The notes below the pieces were generated by a model, which did not search any database, was not told where the DNA came from, and was given only the letters and a program-made list of their open reading frames with translations. Shown one piece after another: positions 1 to 10,330 of a stretch of 64,000 bases of DNA. Positions within the stretch are counted from its first letter, which is position 1. Each line of letters starts with the position of its first letter. Made by a program: the position numbers and the translations under genes. The stretch is from Candidatus Edwardsbacteria bacterium RifOxyA12_full_54_48 (GTDB taxonomy: Bacteria; Edwardsbacteria; AC1; EtOH8): NCBI GenBank assembly GCA_001777915.1, contig MFFN01000004.1:425744-489743 (forward strand), in the 5' to 3' direction.

Positions 1-1
1 C

Positions 2-439
2 CGGGCCAACGGCGGGACTTTGCGCAACATCTCCACCCTGTGGAGCCTGCGTCCCCACACCGGCGATATCTGGACCGTTCACTGTTCCGGGCCCACCACT
101 CCGTCCGAAGGAGCCGTGGCCACCTTCATCCTGACCCCGGCGGTGCCCGACGACGGCCTGGCCCATCTGCTGCAGAACTTCCCCAACCCATTCGGAACCT
201 CCGGCACCAAAATTCATTACCAGGTCAGCGGTTCCGGCGCCGAGGTGAACCTCAAGGTCTACAACATAACCGGGCAGCTGGTTAAGGCCCTGGTCAGCGG
301 ATATAGGGCCCCGGGATATTACCAGGCCGTCTGGAACGGCCGGTCCGAGAACGGCCACAGAGTCTCAGCCGGCATATATATCTACCGCCTGGAGACGGCG
401 GGAAAGGCCGTCTCCAGAAGAATGATACTGATAAAATAA
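2..439 (+). CDS. 5'-truncated secreted protein with C-terminal FlgD-Ig / T9SS type A-like sorting domain
   Basis: Frame open from the window edge (RANGGTLRNIST...). C-terminus LLQNFPNPF...LKVYNITGQLVKAL...WNGRSENGHRVSAGIYIYRL is typical of this domain. Paralogous to the next gene. Confidence 0.8.
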   Translation, partial: RANGGTLRNISTLWSLRPHTGDIWTVHCSGPTTPSEGAVATFILTPAVPDDGLAHLLQNFPNPFGTSGTKIHYQVSGSGAEVNLKVYNITGQLVKALVSGYRAPGYYQAVWNGRSENGHRVSAGIYIYRLETAGKAVSRRMILIK

Positions 440-475
440 CCCAGACCCATATACAAAATTTATTGCGAGTCGTCC

Positions 476-3400
476 ATGAAAAGATCCATTCTTGCCCTCA
501 CGCTCTTGGCTCTGCTGCCCGCCGCCCAGGCATCCCTGGCCGCCCTGCCGGCCGGAAAACCACTGCCGGCCGGAAAATCGCTGTCCGCCCGGGTGCTCGA
601 CGCCAACGCCTGGGAGATCTGGACCTCCAACTACGGCCCCTTTGTCAATCCCACCATCGGGCCAGGAGGCTTCTGGCCCAAGGGCTCCGGACACAGTTAT
701 ATCTTCGGCGCCGGCCTGTGGGTGGGGGCCATCGATGCCAGCAACAGCAAGGTCGTGTCGGTGGGATACAACACCAGCAGCGGAGGCCACGAATTCGGGC
801 CGGAGCCCTGGGAATCCTATCTGACCGACCCCCGGGCCAGGGTCTACCTGTCCACCGACCTGCTCGACCTGGCCGAATGGCCGCTGGTGGCCGACGGCAA
901 AAAAGTGATCCGCTCGGTCCAGGACAGCTATTGCCGGTACAGCGATCTCAACCCCGCCTTCACCAGCCTGGGCGACAAGCAGCTTAAAGTGCAGGTCGAG
1001 CAGTTCTCCTATTCCTGGAATTACGCCGACAACAACGATATCGTCTTCTTCTACTTCAAGGTCAGGAACCGGAGCGGCACCACCCTCCGGAATGTCTATC
1101 TCGGACCGGCGGTGGATTCCGATATCGGCTATGATCCCTGGGATGACCTGGTGGCCTTCGATTACCTCCGCAACCTGGCCATGCAGTTCCAGAACCTGCC
1201 CCAGCCGGGCTGGGACCAGACCGGGGTGGTGGGTTTCCGCTTTTTGGAAAGCCCCGTCAACAACACCGGGAGCACCGTCAGCGTCATCGACAACCAGTTC
1301 TCCCATTACATCCCCTCCGGCGATCCTTTGGGGATGACGGCCTTTAAAACATTCACCTCGGAGCATGAGCCGACCACGGACGATGAGCGCTACCTGGAGC
1401 TTTGCGGCATCAACTTCTGGGACATGACGGGCGACGCCTACGACGAGCTGACCGATTACTACGGCGACAAGCGCTTCCTGATGTCCAGCGGGCCCTTCAA
1501 CCTGGGGCCCGATGCCGTCTGCGCCACCTGCCTCGGGATCATCGCCGCTTCGGACACCCTGGCGGTAAAGATCGCTTCGGACGTGGCCCAGATGATATAT
1601 GATAACGACTTTGCCCTGGCCAACACTCCAGCCGCCCCCGTCCTGACGGTCGCCCCGGGCGACAAACACGTGATCATCGGCTGGGACCGCCGGGCCGAGA
1701 CCACTCCCGACCCCTACTGGCAGGGCATGCCCGACAGCATGGGCTGGTATGCCTACTTCCCCGGCACCTGGGAGTGGCTGATGCCCTCCAGCCGGCTGCT
1801 GGTGGATTCGTTCAAGGTCAGGCTCAGCGACACCAGTTCGCTTAAAATGCCCCGGGGCGGGGCCAATCCAGGGACCGACACCCTGATGGCCCGCTACAAC
1901 CAGAGAAGCCTGTATGTCCGGTACGATTTTCAGGGCTATCTGGTCTATCGGGCCCGCCGCCTGGACGACCTGGCCTATCCCGGCCAGCGGGAGCCGGTGG
2001 GCACATTCTACACCGACCCGGACACCGGCTTGATCGACAGCACCCTGAGCTACGGAGGGGGCGCCGGTTATTGCTACGACAAGGTGGACGGAATCAAGAT
2101 CGTCATCGACCTGGTCCCCAACATCACTTATCTGCCCTGGACTTCTTATACCAGCCCCAGGCTGGACACCCTGGGTACCGACCGCGGCCTGGTCTACAGC
2201 CTGCGGGATGAAAATGTGATCAACGGCTTCGGCTGGTACTACGGGGTGGCGGCCTATGATTATCAGCCCAACGTCTACTTCACCCGCAAATGCCCCACCA
2301 CTCTCAGCAGCAGCCCTGTCGAGAACGCCGTCTATGCAGTGGCCCGGAAGCCCTTGGCCGACTACCGGGCCCCGGCGGTCAGCTATACCGTCACCGGCGG
2401 CTCGGACATCAGGACCGGAGGAACGGTCGATTACGAGTACACCTTGACCCTGGTGCCCAAGAAGGTCAACAACGATACCTTTCGGCTGGTATGGGGTCCG
2501 GTCACCAAGGCCGGCATCGCCGGGATAAACTACCCGGTATATCATGCCGAGCTGTACGACCGGCGCCTGGACAACCTGGGGGTCCCGGCCGACAGCATAC
2601 TGCAGTCCATAAACTTCCGGCCAGCCTATGGTGTTCTGGGCAGCGATCCGGCGGCCACCTTTCACGGAAACCTGGGAGACCAGATCCCCTTCGGTGGGGT
2701 GGTGTTCAACGCCAGCTACAAATTCGACCCGGCGCTGGCTAAGGTGGACACGGTATCGGTCACCGGCACCTATCCGGCCGACAGCATCTGGTGCCAGGTC
2801 CAGGGCAGCTCTTTGTTCACCGCCACTGCCAATGCTTGGCAATGGCGGGGAGCGGACTATGAGATCAGATGGAAGGATACCACGGTGGCCGCCAGGGCCT
2901 GCCTGACCGCTTCGGTTTGGGACCTGACCAACAACTGGGAGGTGCCCCTGGAATCCGGCATGACCAAGGCCAGCATGACCCAGTCCTCCTGGTGTTTCAA
3001 CGCCACCGCCAACATCTGCACCACTTATGTTGACAGCGCCATGAGCACCGCCTATCACAGCCTCTACCTGGCCGGGATCTCTTTATTCTTCAACCGCCGC
3101 AACGGGGGCACCCTGAGAAGGATGGTTTGGAGCCAGCGGCCGCACACCGGCGATGTCTGGACGGTACACTGCCCCGGGCCCGGCAACCCGGTTCAGGGCG
3201 GAACGGTGACCTTCATCACCACCCAGGCCTCCCAGAAAGCGGTCCTTTCGGCCAGCCTGCTGGACAGCATCAAGGTGGTGCCCAACCCCTACTTGGTGCG
3301 GGCCGGCTGGGATGTCAGCGGCAATTATCCCAAGCTCCATTTCGTCAACCTGCCGGCCAGGTGCACCATCCGGATCTACAACCTGGCCGGTGACCTGATC

Positions 3401-3562
3401 CGGGTGCTCAACCACCAGTCCACCTTTAATGACAACAACGGCACCGAGCGCTGGGATATCCTTTCCACTTACGATGAACGTCCCGCCAGCGGGGTGTTCA
3501 TTTACCAGATTGATGCGCCGGGCATCGGCACCAAGCTGGGCAAATTCGCGGTGATCAAGTAG
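476..3562 (+). CDS. Large secreted protein (1028 aa) with an IKVVPNPY-type C-terminal sorting-like domain
   Basis: Signal peptide MKRSILALTLLALLPAAQA; FN3-like APVLTVAPGDKHVIIGWD...FQGYLVYR; C-terminal IKVVPNPY...LHFVNLPARCTIRIYNLAGDLI...SGVFIYQI...GKFAVIK. Confidence 0.75.
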   Translation: MKRSILALTLLALLPAAQASLAALPAGKPLPAGKSLSARVLDANAWEIWTSNYGPFVNPTIGPGGFWPKGSGHSYIFGAGLWVGAIDASNSKVVSVGYNTSSGGHEFGPEPWESYLTDPRARVYLSTDLLDLAEWPLVADGKKVIRSVQDSYCRYSDLNPAFTSLGDKQLKVQVEQFSYSWNYADNNDIVFFYFKVRNRSGTTLRNVYLGPAVDSDIGYDPWDDLVAFDYLRNLAMQFQNLPQPGWDQTGVVGFRFLESPVNNTGSTVSVIDNQFSHYIPSGDPLGMTAFKTFTSEHEPTTDDERYLELCGINFWDMTGDAYDELTDYYGDKRFLMSSGPFNLGPDAVCATCLGIIAASDTLAVKIASDVAQMIYDNDFALANTPAAPVLTVAPGDKHVIIGWDRRAETTPDPYWQGMPDSMGWYAYFPGTWEWLMPSSRLLVDSFKVRLSDTSSLKMPRGGANPGTDTLMARYNQRSLYVRYDFQGYLVYRARRLDDLAYPGQREPVGTFYTDPDTGLIDSTLSYGGGAGYCYDKVDGIKIVIDLVPNITYLPWTSYTSPRLDTLGTDRGLVYSLRDENVINGFGWYYGVAAYDYQPNVYFTRKCPTTLSSSPVENAVYAVARKPLADYRAPAVSYTVTGGSDIRTGGTVDYEYTLTLVPKKVNNDTFRLVWGPVTKAGIAGINYPVYHAELYDRRLDNLGVPADSILQSINFRPAYGVLGSDPAATFHGNLGDQIPFGGVVFNASYKFDPALAKVDTVSVTGTYPADSIWCQVQGSSLFTATANAWQWRGADYEIRWKDTTVAARACLTASVWDLTNNWEVPLESGMTKASMTQSSWCFNATANICTTYVDSAMSTAYHSLYLAGISLFFNRRNGGTLRRMVWSQRPHTGDVWTVHCPGPGNPVQGGTVTFITTQASQKAVLSASLLDSIKVVPNPYLVRAGWDVSGNYPKLHFVNLPARCTIRIYNLAGDLIRVLNHQSTFNDNNGTERWDILSTYDERPASGVFIYQIDAPGIGTKLGKFAVIK

Positions 3563-3570
3563 CGCTCCGA

Positions 3571-3599
3571 AAAAGCCCCGCTTCAACGGCGGGGCTTTT
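3571..3599 (+). terminator. Intrinsic terminator
   Basis: AAAAGCCCCGC-N7-GCGGGGCTTTT just after the stop at 3562. Confidence 0.85.
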
Positions 3600-3602
3600 C
3601 AT

Positions 3603-3631
3603 TTGCATTCGGTCGGCAAAAATGGTATCCT
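3603..3631 (+). promoter_or_regulatory. Sigma70-type promoter for tyrS
   Basis: TTGCAT-17 nt-TATCCT with extended -10 TG. Confidence 0.55.
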
Positions 3632-3665
3632 TACTCTCGTTCAAAGATCAAAGGATTTTTAATTT

Positions 3666-4883
3666 ATGTCAGTATTCGAGGTCCTGAAAGAGCGGGGCTT
3701 CATCCAGCAGATGACCCATGAGGATGAGATCCGCCAGCTCCTGGAGAAGGAGAAGGTCACCTTCTACATAGGTTTCGACCCCACCGCCGACAGCCTGACC
3801 GTCGGTCATTTTTTACAGTTGATGGTGATGAGCCATATGCAACGGCACGGCCATAAGCCCATTGCCCTGCTGGGGGGCGGCACCACCATGGTGGGCGACC
3901 CCTCCGGCAAGAGCGACATGCGGAAAATGCTGGGCAAGGAGGACATCGCCCGCAACGCCGAGTGTTTCAAAAAACAAATGGAGAAATTCATTGATTTCTC
4001 CGGCGGCAAGGCCATCATGGCCAACAACGCCGACTGGTTGCTGGGCCTGAATTATGTGGACTTTTTAAGGGAGATCGGATCCCACTTCTCGGTCAACCGG
4101 ATGCTGCAGGCCGAGTGTTTCAAGGCACGATTGGAGCGGGGCCTGACATTCATGGAGTTCAATTACATGGTGATGCAGGGCTATGATTTCCTGGAGCTGT
4201 ACCGCAGACATCACTGCACCCTACAGCTGGGCGGGGACGACCAGTGGTCCAACATCATCGCCGGGGTGGAGCTGGTGCGCAAGATCGAGGCCCGGCCGGT
4301 CTTTGGAATGACCTTTACTTTGCTGACCACCAGCGACGGCAAAAAGATGGGCAAGACCGAAAAGGGCGCCGTCTGGCTGGATCCCCAAAAGACCCCGCCC
4401 TACGATTTTTACCAGTACTGGCGCAACGTGGCCGACAGCGAGGTGAAAAGGTGCCTGGCCCTGCTGACCTTTCTGCCCATGGACCAGGTCAACCGCCTGG
4501 GGGATCTGAGGGACCAGGAGATCAACCAAGCCAAAAAGATACTGGCTTACGAACTGACCAAGATGGTGCACGGAGAGGACGAAGCCCAAAAAGCCCAAAA
4601 GGCCGCCGAAACATTGTTCGAGGGCGGGGCCGATCTGCAGGATGTCCCCACCTCGCCCATAGGCCGGGACCTTCTGGGCAAAAGCATCATCGAGGTTCTT
4701 TTCGCCTGTCAGATCATACCCACCAAGAGCGAGGGCCGCCGGCTCATCGCCCAGGGCGGACTGTATGTGAACTCCGCCAAGGTCGAGAGCATCGACCTGA
4801 AGGTCACCGGCGAATTGTTCCAGGATGGGATGATGATGGTCCGAAAAGGAAAGAAAGGATATCATAAGGTGGTGCTCAAATGA
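3666..4883 (+). CDS. tyrS: Tyrosine--tRNA ligase
   Basis: [15 protein letters not shown] (HIGH-like), [17 protein letters not shown]-terminal S4 domain. Confidence 0.97.
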   Translation: MSVFEVLKERGFIQQMTHEDEIRQLLEKEKVTFYIGFDPTADSLTVGHFLQLMVMSHMQRHGHKPIALLGGGTTMVGDPSGKSDMRKMLGKEDIARNAECFKKQMEKFIDFSGGKAIMANNADWLLGLNYVDFLREIGSHFSVNRMLQAECFKARLERGLTFMEFNYMVMQGYDFLELYRRHHCTLQLGGDDQWSNIIAGVELVRKIEARPVFGMTFTLLTTSDGKKMGKTEKGAVWLDPQKTPPYDFYQYWRNVADSEVKRCLALLTFLPMDQVNRLGDLRDQEINQAKKILAYELTKMVHGEDEAQKAQKAAETLFEGGADLQDVPTSPIGRDLLGKSIIEVLFACQIIPTKSEGRRLIAQGGLYVNSAKVESIDLKVTGELFQDGMMMVRKGKKGYHKVVLK

Positions 4884-5629
4884 ACCAGACCAAGGCCCGG
4901 TTGAACAAATATCTCTCCATGTGCGGCGCGGCCTCCCGCCGCAAGGCCGACGAGATGATATCCCGCGGACAGGTGCGGGTCAACGACAAAGTGGCCGACC
5001 AGCTGGGCACGGTGATAGACATCTACAACGATATCGTCACCGTCGGCGGAAAAACCTTGCGCCTGCCGCAGCGGGTCGGTTACTTCATCTTCAACAAACC
5101 GGCCGGCTGCCTCTGCTCCAGGGGCGACCCCGAGGGAAGAAAGACCATTTACGACCTGCTCCCCCCTAACCTGAGAAAACTGAAATACGTGGGACGGCTG
5201 GACAAGGACACCGAGGGGCTGTTGCTGCTGACCGACGACGGGGACATGATAGAGTACCTCACCCACCCCCGCAACGAGATCCCCCGGACCTATCAGGCCC
5301 TGGTCCGGTGGATCCTGCGGGACAGCGATGTTGAGCCTTTAAGAAAAGGGGTTGATTACCTGGGGGAATCCTACCATCCGGCCCAGGTTAAGATCCTGTC
5401 TATCGACCGGCCCAAGAACAACACCCTGCTGGAGATCACCATCAAGGAGGGGAAGAAGCGCGAGGTGCGGATGATGCTTCGGGCCCTCAACCTTCATGTG
5501 GACCATCTGAAGAGGGTTGCCTTCGGGCCGCTGAGGCTGGACAATACTCCGGTCGGCCAGCACCGGCCCTGCAAGCCCAACGAATTGGAACGGCTCAGGA
5601 AGATCTCCAAGATAAAAGCCCCGCTGTAA
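4880..5629 (+). CDS. rluB: rRNA pseudouridine synthase, RsuA/RluB family
   Basis: S4 domain [18 protein letters not shown]; catalytic [32 protein letters not shown] overlap with tyrS. Confidence 0.88.
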   Translation: MNQTKARLNKYLSMCGAASRRKADEMISRGQVRVNDKVADQLGTVIDIYNDIVTVGGKTLRLPQRVGYFIFNKPAGCLCSRGDPEGRKTIYDLLPPNLRKLKYVGRLDKDTEGLLLLTDDGDMIEYLTHPRNEIPRTYQALVRWILRDSDVEPLRKGVDYLGESYHPAQVKILSIDRPKNNTLLEITIKEGKKREVRMMLRALNLHVDHLKRVAFGPLRLDNTPVGQHRPCKPNELERLRKISKIKAPL

Positions 5630-5641
5630 GGCGGGGCTTTT
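5614..5641. terminator. Bidirectional intrinsic terminator
   Basis: AAAAGCCCCGC-TGTAAG-GCGGGGCTTTT between convergent genes. Confidence 0.85.
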
Positions 5642-5666
5642 GCTTTTTTAAGATCGAGCCGGAGAT

Positions 5667-7523
5667 CTACCGGGCCGGCTGGGCCGCTGCCAGGGGCGTT
5701 ATCTCGAAATGGTCGCCGCTGAAATCCTGGCAGTTGACGGGAACCTTGATGCCTTCTTTTCTGGCCTCCTCGGCGAATTCGCGGTAGGCCTGGCCGCCAT
5801 CCCCGGCATGCATCGGGAATACCGCCCGGGGCCGCAGTTTCTCCATGGCGTAGAATGCCCCCATCCGCACCGCCACCACATCGCCGAAGTTACAGCCGGT
5901 CACCGGCATGAACATTATGTCGATGGGACGGCCCAGCCCGGCCATAAAATCGATCTCCTCCTTGTATGGTCCGGAAAAATCCCTCTTGCGGTTGGCATGG
6001 TCGCCCGGATGGCAGATGGTGACCCCGTCGACCGTCACCAAAAATCCCTGTCCGCTGTCATTGGATTCGATGGTGGTGATCTCGGCCCCGCCGATGCTCC
6101 GGCTCTCACGGGAGGCCAACTGGGTGAATCCCTCCTTGTCCCGGGGCGCGAATCCCATCACGTAGGTAATGTCGCTCAGGTCCTTTCTCCAGTCGAATAT
6201 GGCCGGCATGTAGTGGTCGCCATGAACATGGGAGGCGAAAACAATCACTTTGACCCCTTTTAGTTCTTCCGGCAAAATGGAGCCGTTGGCCAGACCCGGG
6301 CTGTCGGGCAGGCGGCCGTTTTTGAAATAGTCGAACACCAGCAGATGACCGCTGGTCCTGACGGCCCATCCGCTGTGCCCCAGGTACCAAACCGCTGCCT
6401 GGCCGTTTTTCAGCGGCTTGGACATCGGAGCGATCAGGCCCTCTTTCACCGCCTGCTTGCTTCCCTTGGCCCCTTTTGTCTTTAGCAGCGTTGCGCAGGC
6501 GGTCTGGCCGTATTGAATGGCATAATCGAGCGCCGTCTTGCCATCTTTGTCCTTGGCGTTGACCGCCACCCCCTTCTCCATCAGCAGGCCGGCAACATCG
6601 CCGTAGCCTTTGATGACAGCGTAATGGAGCAGGTTCCGCCGCTCGTTCCCATACTGCCCGTCAACGCGCGCACCTGACCCGATGAGCTCGGCGGCCAGGG
6701 CCAGATTCCCGCAGTTGACGGCCATGAACAACGGGGTCTGGCCAGCGGCGGTGACAGCATTGACATCGGCCCCTCGTGCGATCAGTGCCCGGGCGCCGGC
6801 GGTGTTTCCCTGGAGGCAGGCATTGTGGAGCGGGGTCCGGTCGCCGTCGGTCTTCTGGTCGACCGGTACGCCGTGGTCCGCCAGAAAGTCGATCAGATCC
6901 TTGCCGGCTTCCCAGGCTGCCGTGTGCATCAGGGTCCAGCTGGCGGGAAATTGGTTCCGCGGGTTCATCTTGGTTGTTGCTCCAAGTCGGATCAGTAATT
7001 TGACCGCCTCGGGCTGCCGCCGCTCCATAGCCAGCGAAACCACCGTATTCCCCACCCGGCTTAAGGAGTCGTTGACATCCGCTCCCTGGGAGACCAGAAA
7101 TTCGACCATAGGCAGTCGTCCCAGGGCTGCAGCGTAATACAAAGGTGTTTCATTGTCGCTTTCCCTGGCATTAAGATCGGCTTTTTGGGACAACAGAAAC
7201 TTGGCCACCTCTAGGTGGCCGTTCCCGGCGGCAAAATGAAGCGGCGTCAATTGGTAACTGGTATCGCGTTCAGTTACGGAAGCACCCTTTTTCATCAAAT
7301 ATTTGACGATATCCAACTTCCCCTCAAAGCAGGCTGTATGAAGGGGCAGGCGGCCTCGGGCATTGGGAACCTTTATGGCGGTTTTATCTTTTTCCACGAT
7401 CTTCTTCACCGCCGTCAGGTCGCCGGCCTGTATTGCGGCATGAATATCGGTTTCAAGCGCCATCGTTGTCGCTATAGTTTGTATCAGCAGCAGCCAGAGC
7501 AGGGAAAAAATAGCTTTTTTCAT
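5667..7523 (-). CDS. Secreted ankyrin-repeat protein fused to a metallo-beta-lactamase-fold hydrolase
   Basis: Signal peptide; multiple TPLH/LPLH ankyrin repeats; then VWYLGHSGWAV...SHVHGDH...HPGD...FPMH. Confidence 0.85.
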   Translation of the reverse strand: MKKAIFSLLWLLLIQTIATTMALETDIHAAIQAGDLTAVKKIVEKDKTAIKVPNARGRLPLHTACFEGKLDIVKYLMKKGASVTERDTSYQLTPLHFAAGNGHLEVAKFLLSQKADLNARESDNETPLYYAAALGRLPMVEFLVSQGADVNDSLSRVGNTVVSLAMERRQPEAVKLLIRLGATTKMNPRNQFPASWTLMHTAAWEAGKDLIDFLADHGVPVDQKTDGDRTPLHNACLQGNTAGARALIARGADVNAVTAAGQTPLFMAVNCGNLALAAELIGSGARVDGQYGNERRNLLHYAVIKGYGDVAGLLMEKGVAVNAKDKDGKTALDYAIQYGQTACATLLKTKGAKGSKQAVKEGLIAPMSKPLKNGQAAVWYLGHSGWAVRTSGHLLVFDYFKNGRLPDSPGLANGSILPEELKGVKVIVFASHVHGDHYMPAIFDWRKDLSDITYVMGFAPRDKEGFTQLASRESRSIGGAEITTIESNDSGQGFLVTVDGVTICHPGDHANRKRDFSGPYKEEIDFMAGLGRPIDIMFMPVTGCNFGDVVAVRMGAFYAMEKLRPRAVFPMHAGDGGQAYREFAEEARKEGIKVPVNCQDFSGDHFEITPLAAAQPAR

Positions 7524-7600
7524 TTCCGATCTCCTAATGGTTTAAATGATGTATGGGATGAGTTCTCAAATCCCCCGGACAATCGCTCTGCGCCCTTCCG

Positions 7601-8914
7601 CTAGCTTTTGGTGGTGACCGAGACCCCTTCGCAAAGCAGTGGCGGGACCCGGGCCCCTTCAAAAGACGGATAAAGCGTATCCCCCACCTCCAGCACGTTG
7701 GCCAGCGTTTCGTAGATGTTGCCGGCCGCCATGGCATTCTTGACCCGGCCCACTATCTGGCCGTTCTCCACGTAAAGGCCGGGGCTGATGCCGATGGAGT
7801 AGTCCCCGTTGGGAATGTTGCCGCTGTGGGCGCCCATCGCCCCTTCGATGATGATGCCGCGGTCCATCTGGGAGATAAGTTTTGCCAGGGACGCGGTCCC
7901 CGGCTTTATAAATAGGTGCCCCAGGAACGGTCCGGGCCTGGTGGTCACAGGGTCACCCCCCCAGATGTCGCCCCGGTAACCGTGGCCGGTTGGGGTGGCG
8001 CCGGTTTTTTCCGCATACTTGAGGTCGTAGAAAAAGTCCTTCAGCACCCCCTGTTCGATCAGGGAAAGTTTCTTGCAGGGCACTCCTTCGTCGTCCCAAG
8101 ACCGGGCGCCGGGGTAGGCATCGTTGAGCGGATCATCGAAGATGCTCAGCTTCGGGCTGAATATTTTCTGCTCCAGCTTCCCGGCAATAGGCGAGATTTT
8201 TTCGTAAAGACTGCGGCCGCTTAAGCCGCTGGCGATGCGCCACAACAGGGTGATCATGCTGTCCGGCATGAACAGCACCTTCATCCGGCCGCCCCTCGGT
8301 TGAACGGTCTTTTGCCCCTTCCCGAACAGGTCCGTCATCTCGGCTATCAGGGAATCCGGCATTTTCCCAATTGACCGGCTCCTGACCTCCCGGCTTATCC
8401 CGCTGCCCGAACCGGGGAAGATTATGGAACTGTATGAGCCGGCCGTGGAATTCCGCTGGCCCAGATCGGCGCCCTTGCTGTTCAGTATCCGCAGGTAATC
8501 CACGCTGACATAAGCGCCGGCCATTATCTCTCCGGCGGCTTTGGCCTTAAGGATCTCGCAGACCCGTTTGGCCTCGTCCACCAGTTGTTCATTGGTCAGC
8601 TTGGCGGCCGCTGGATCACACGTGCCCAGGTCCTTGCCTTCCTTGGTATCCGGCAGGTCGTAATGCGCTTCCACCCCTCCCCGGAGCGAGTCCAGGGCGT
8701 TGTCCAGCAGACCCTGCCGGTCGTTAAGGTTGCGGGTATAGGCAAACCCCAGTTTGCCGTCCTTGATGATCCGCAGCGAGACCCCCGACAGGAAGCTGGT
8801 CCTTATGTCGTACAGCTTGGCATCCTGAAATGACACCGACCTTGCGGTCTGCTCGGCGGAAAACACCTCGGCCTGATCGGCAGCCCTGCCGGCCATTTCC
8901 AAAAGCTTTTCCAT
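7601..8914 (-). CDS. pmbA: TldE/PmbA family protein
   Basis: DDEGVP...LIEQGVLKDFFYD, NGDYSI, YVENGQIVGRVKN; lacks HExxH; coupled to tldD. Confidence 0.88.
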   Translation of the reverse strand: MEKLLEMAGRAADQAEVFSAEQTARSVSFQDAKLYDIRTSFLSGVSLRIIKDGKLGFAYTRNLNDRQGLLDNALDSLRGGVEAHYDLPDTKEGKDLGTCDPAAAKLTNEQLVDEAKRVCEILKAKAAGEIMAGAYVSVDYLRILNSKGADLGQRNSTAGSYSSIIFPGSGSGISREVRSRSIGKMPDSLIAEMTDLFGKGQKTVQPRGGRMKVLFMPDSMITLLWRIASGLSGRSLYEKISPIAGKLEQKIFSPKLSIFDDPLNDAYPGARSWDDEGVPCKKLSLIEQGVLKDFFYDLKYAEKTGATPTGHGYRGDIWGGDPVTTRPGPFLGHLFIKPGTASLAKLISQMDRGIIIEGAMGAHSGNIPNGDYSIGISPGLYVENGQIVGRVKNAMAAGNIYETLANVLEVGDTLYPSFEGARVPPLLCEGVSVTTKS

Positions 8915-10278
8915 CAGATGCCCCCCACTATCAGGTTATCGATTATTATATGAGGCCCCCCGTTGCAGGAACGGATGTTGCTCTGCCCCTTGCCGCAGCC
9001 GCCGATCTTGGAAAGCTCCAGATCGCTGCCCACGGCGCTGATATCCATCAGCGTCTGATACAGGTTGCCGGAGATGTTTATGTCCCGGACCATCCGGCCG
9101 ATCTTGCCCTGCCTGACCTCGTAACCGTAGTTGGCTCCGAAGGTGAAGTTCTCGCCGGATGTCTGGCCGCCCTTGGCGTCCAAAAGGTAAAGCCCGTCCC
9201 CCATTTCCTGGAGCAGTTCCTCGAACCCTTTCCCCCCGGGCTGGATGTAGATGGTGCCCATCCGGACTATCGGCGCATACCGGTAATCCTCGGCCACGCA
9301 ATGGCCGCTCACGGGTTCCCCGAACTCGGCCGCGGTCCTCCGCGAATGAAGCCGGCCGGCCAGCACCCCGTTCTTGATCAGCTGGACCGGGCGCACCGCC
9401 ACCCCCTCGTCATCGTATTTATAGAACCCGAGCTGTCCGGGACGGGTGGCGTCGTCGATGATGTTGAGCGTCCTGTTCCCCAGCTCGGCCCCCAGTGTCA
9501 TTCTTTCCCTCATGGCCGGCAGTGTTTCCACGATGTCGGCCTCCGAGAAATGGCCGAAGGCTTCGTGGGCAAAGACCCCGGCCAGGCTGGGATTTAGGAT
9601 ACAGCTGTAGGATCCGCTTTTCACCGGCTCGGCCGACAGCAGGTCCAGAACCAATTTGGTCTTTTCTTCAAAATGTCTTTCCTGCCCCCTGATGGCGCCG
9701 AAGCCGTCGCTGCCTCCTATCCCCACCCTGATGTTCTGGGTCAGGCTGCCCTCCCGGGCGGTGATCAGGCCCCGTATGCTGGTGGTCACCAGGTCTTCCT
9801 GGATCCGGCTCCCCTCGCTGTTCAGGTAGAACTTTTTCCGGTAGACCTCGCTGTAGGCAATGCTGGTGTTCACCACCTTGGGCTGGGCCAGCGGGATGTT
9901 GTTGTACCTTCGCATCAACTCCAGCTTTTCCGCCATCGGGATCTGCCGGGGGTCTTCCCCCAGCTTTGGGGAAAAAACATCCCGGACCGCTTCGGCTTTG
10001 GCCATCCGGACCGGTTTTGCCATGTTCCGGCAGAACAATGCTGCGTTCTCCGCCGCCGTTCTGACCGCGGCTTCGGCCTCCTCCGGCCGGGTGAAGGCCA
10101 CCGAGGCCATGCCGCCATGGTCCAGGGCCCGGACCACATATCCGTCGCCGGAATTGGCCGACAGGGTGGTCAGCTCCTTTCCGCTGAAGCCGATGGCGGT
10201 CTCCTTCACCTCTTCGTAGCGGATGTCAACATAGTCAGCCTTGGCTCCGGCCAGCATCTTCTCCAATTTATCGAACAT
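8914..10278 (-). CDS. tldD: TldD metalloprotease
   Basis: HEAFGHFSEAD zinc motif, YDDEGV, PIVRMGTIYI, C-terminal CGKGQ...GGPH. Confidence 0.92.
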   Translation of the reverse strand: MFDKLEKMLAGAKADYVDIRYEEVKETAIGFSGKELTTLSANSGDGYVVRALDHGGMASVAFTRPEEAEAAVRTAAENAALFCRNMAKPVRMAKAEAVRDVFSPKLGEDPRQIPMAEKLELMRRYNNIPLAQPKVVNTSIAYSEVYRKKFYLNSEGSRIQEDLVTTSIRGLITAREGSLTQNIRVGIGGSDGFGAIRGQERHFEEKTKLVLDLLSAEPVKSGSYSCILNPSLAGVFAHEAFGHFSEADIVETLPAMRERMTLGAELGNRTLNIIDDATRPGQLGFYKYDDEGVAVRPVQLIKNGVLAGRLHSRRTAAEFGEPVSGHCVAEDYRYAPIVRMGTIYIQPGGKGFEELLQEMGDGLYLLDAKGGQTSGENFTFGANYGYEVRQGKIGRMVRDINISGNLYQTLMDISAVGSDLELSKIGGCGKGQSNIRSCNGGPHIIIDNLIVGGI

Positions 10279-10330
10279 CGTATCTCCAGTTTAAATGATT
10301 AATGATAAAATATTCCTGGCGCTTTGAAAA

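Noticed and set aside
365..3058. 897-aa antisense ORF
   Set aside because: Shadow of the 1028-aa gene, expected from GC-biased codon usage; no recognisable motifs.
3600..3665. T-box riboswitch upstream of tyrS
   Set aside because: The leader is far too short and lacks the T-box motif.
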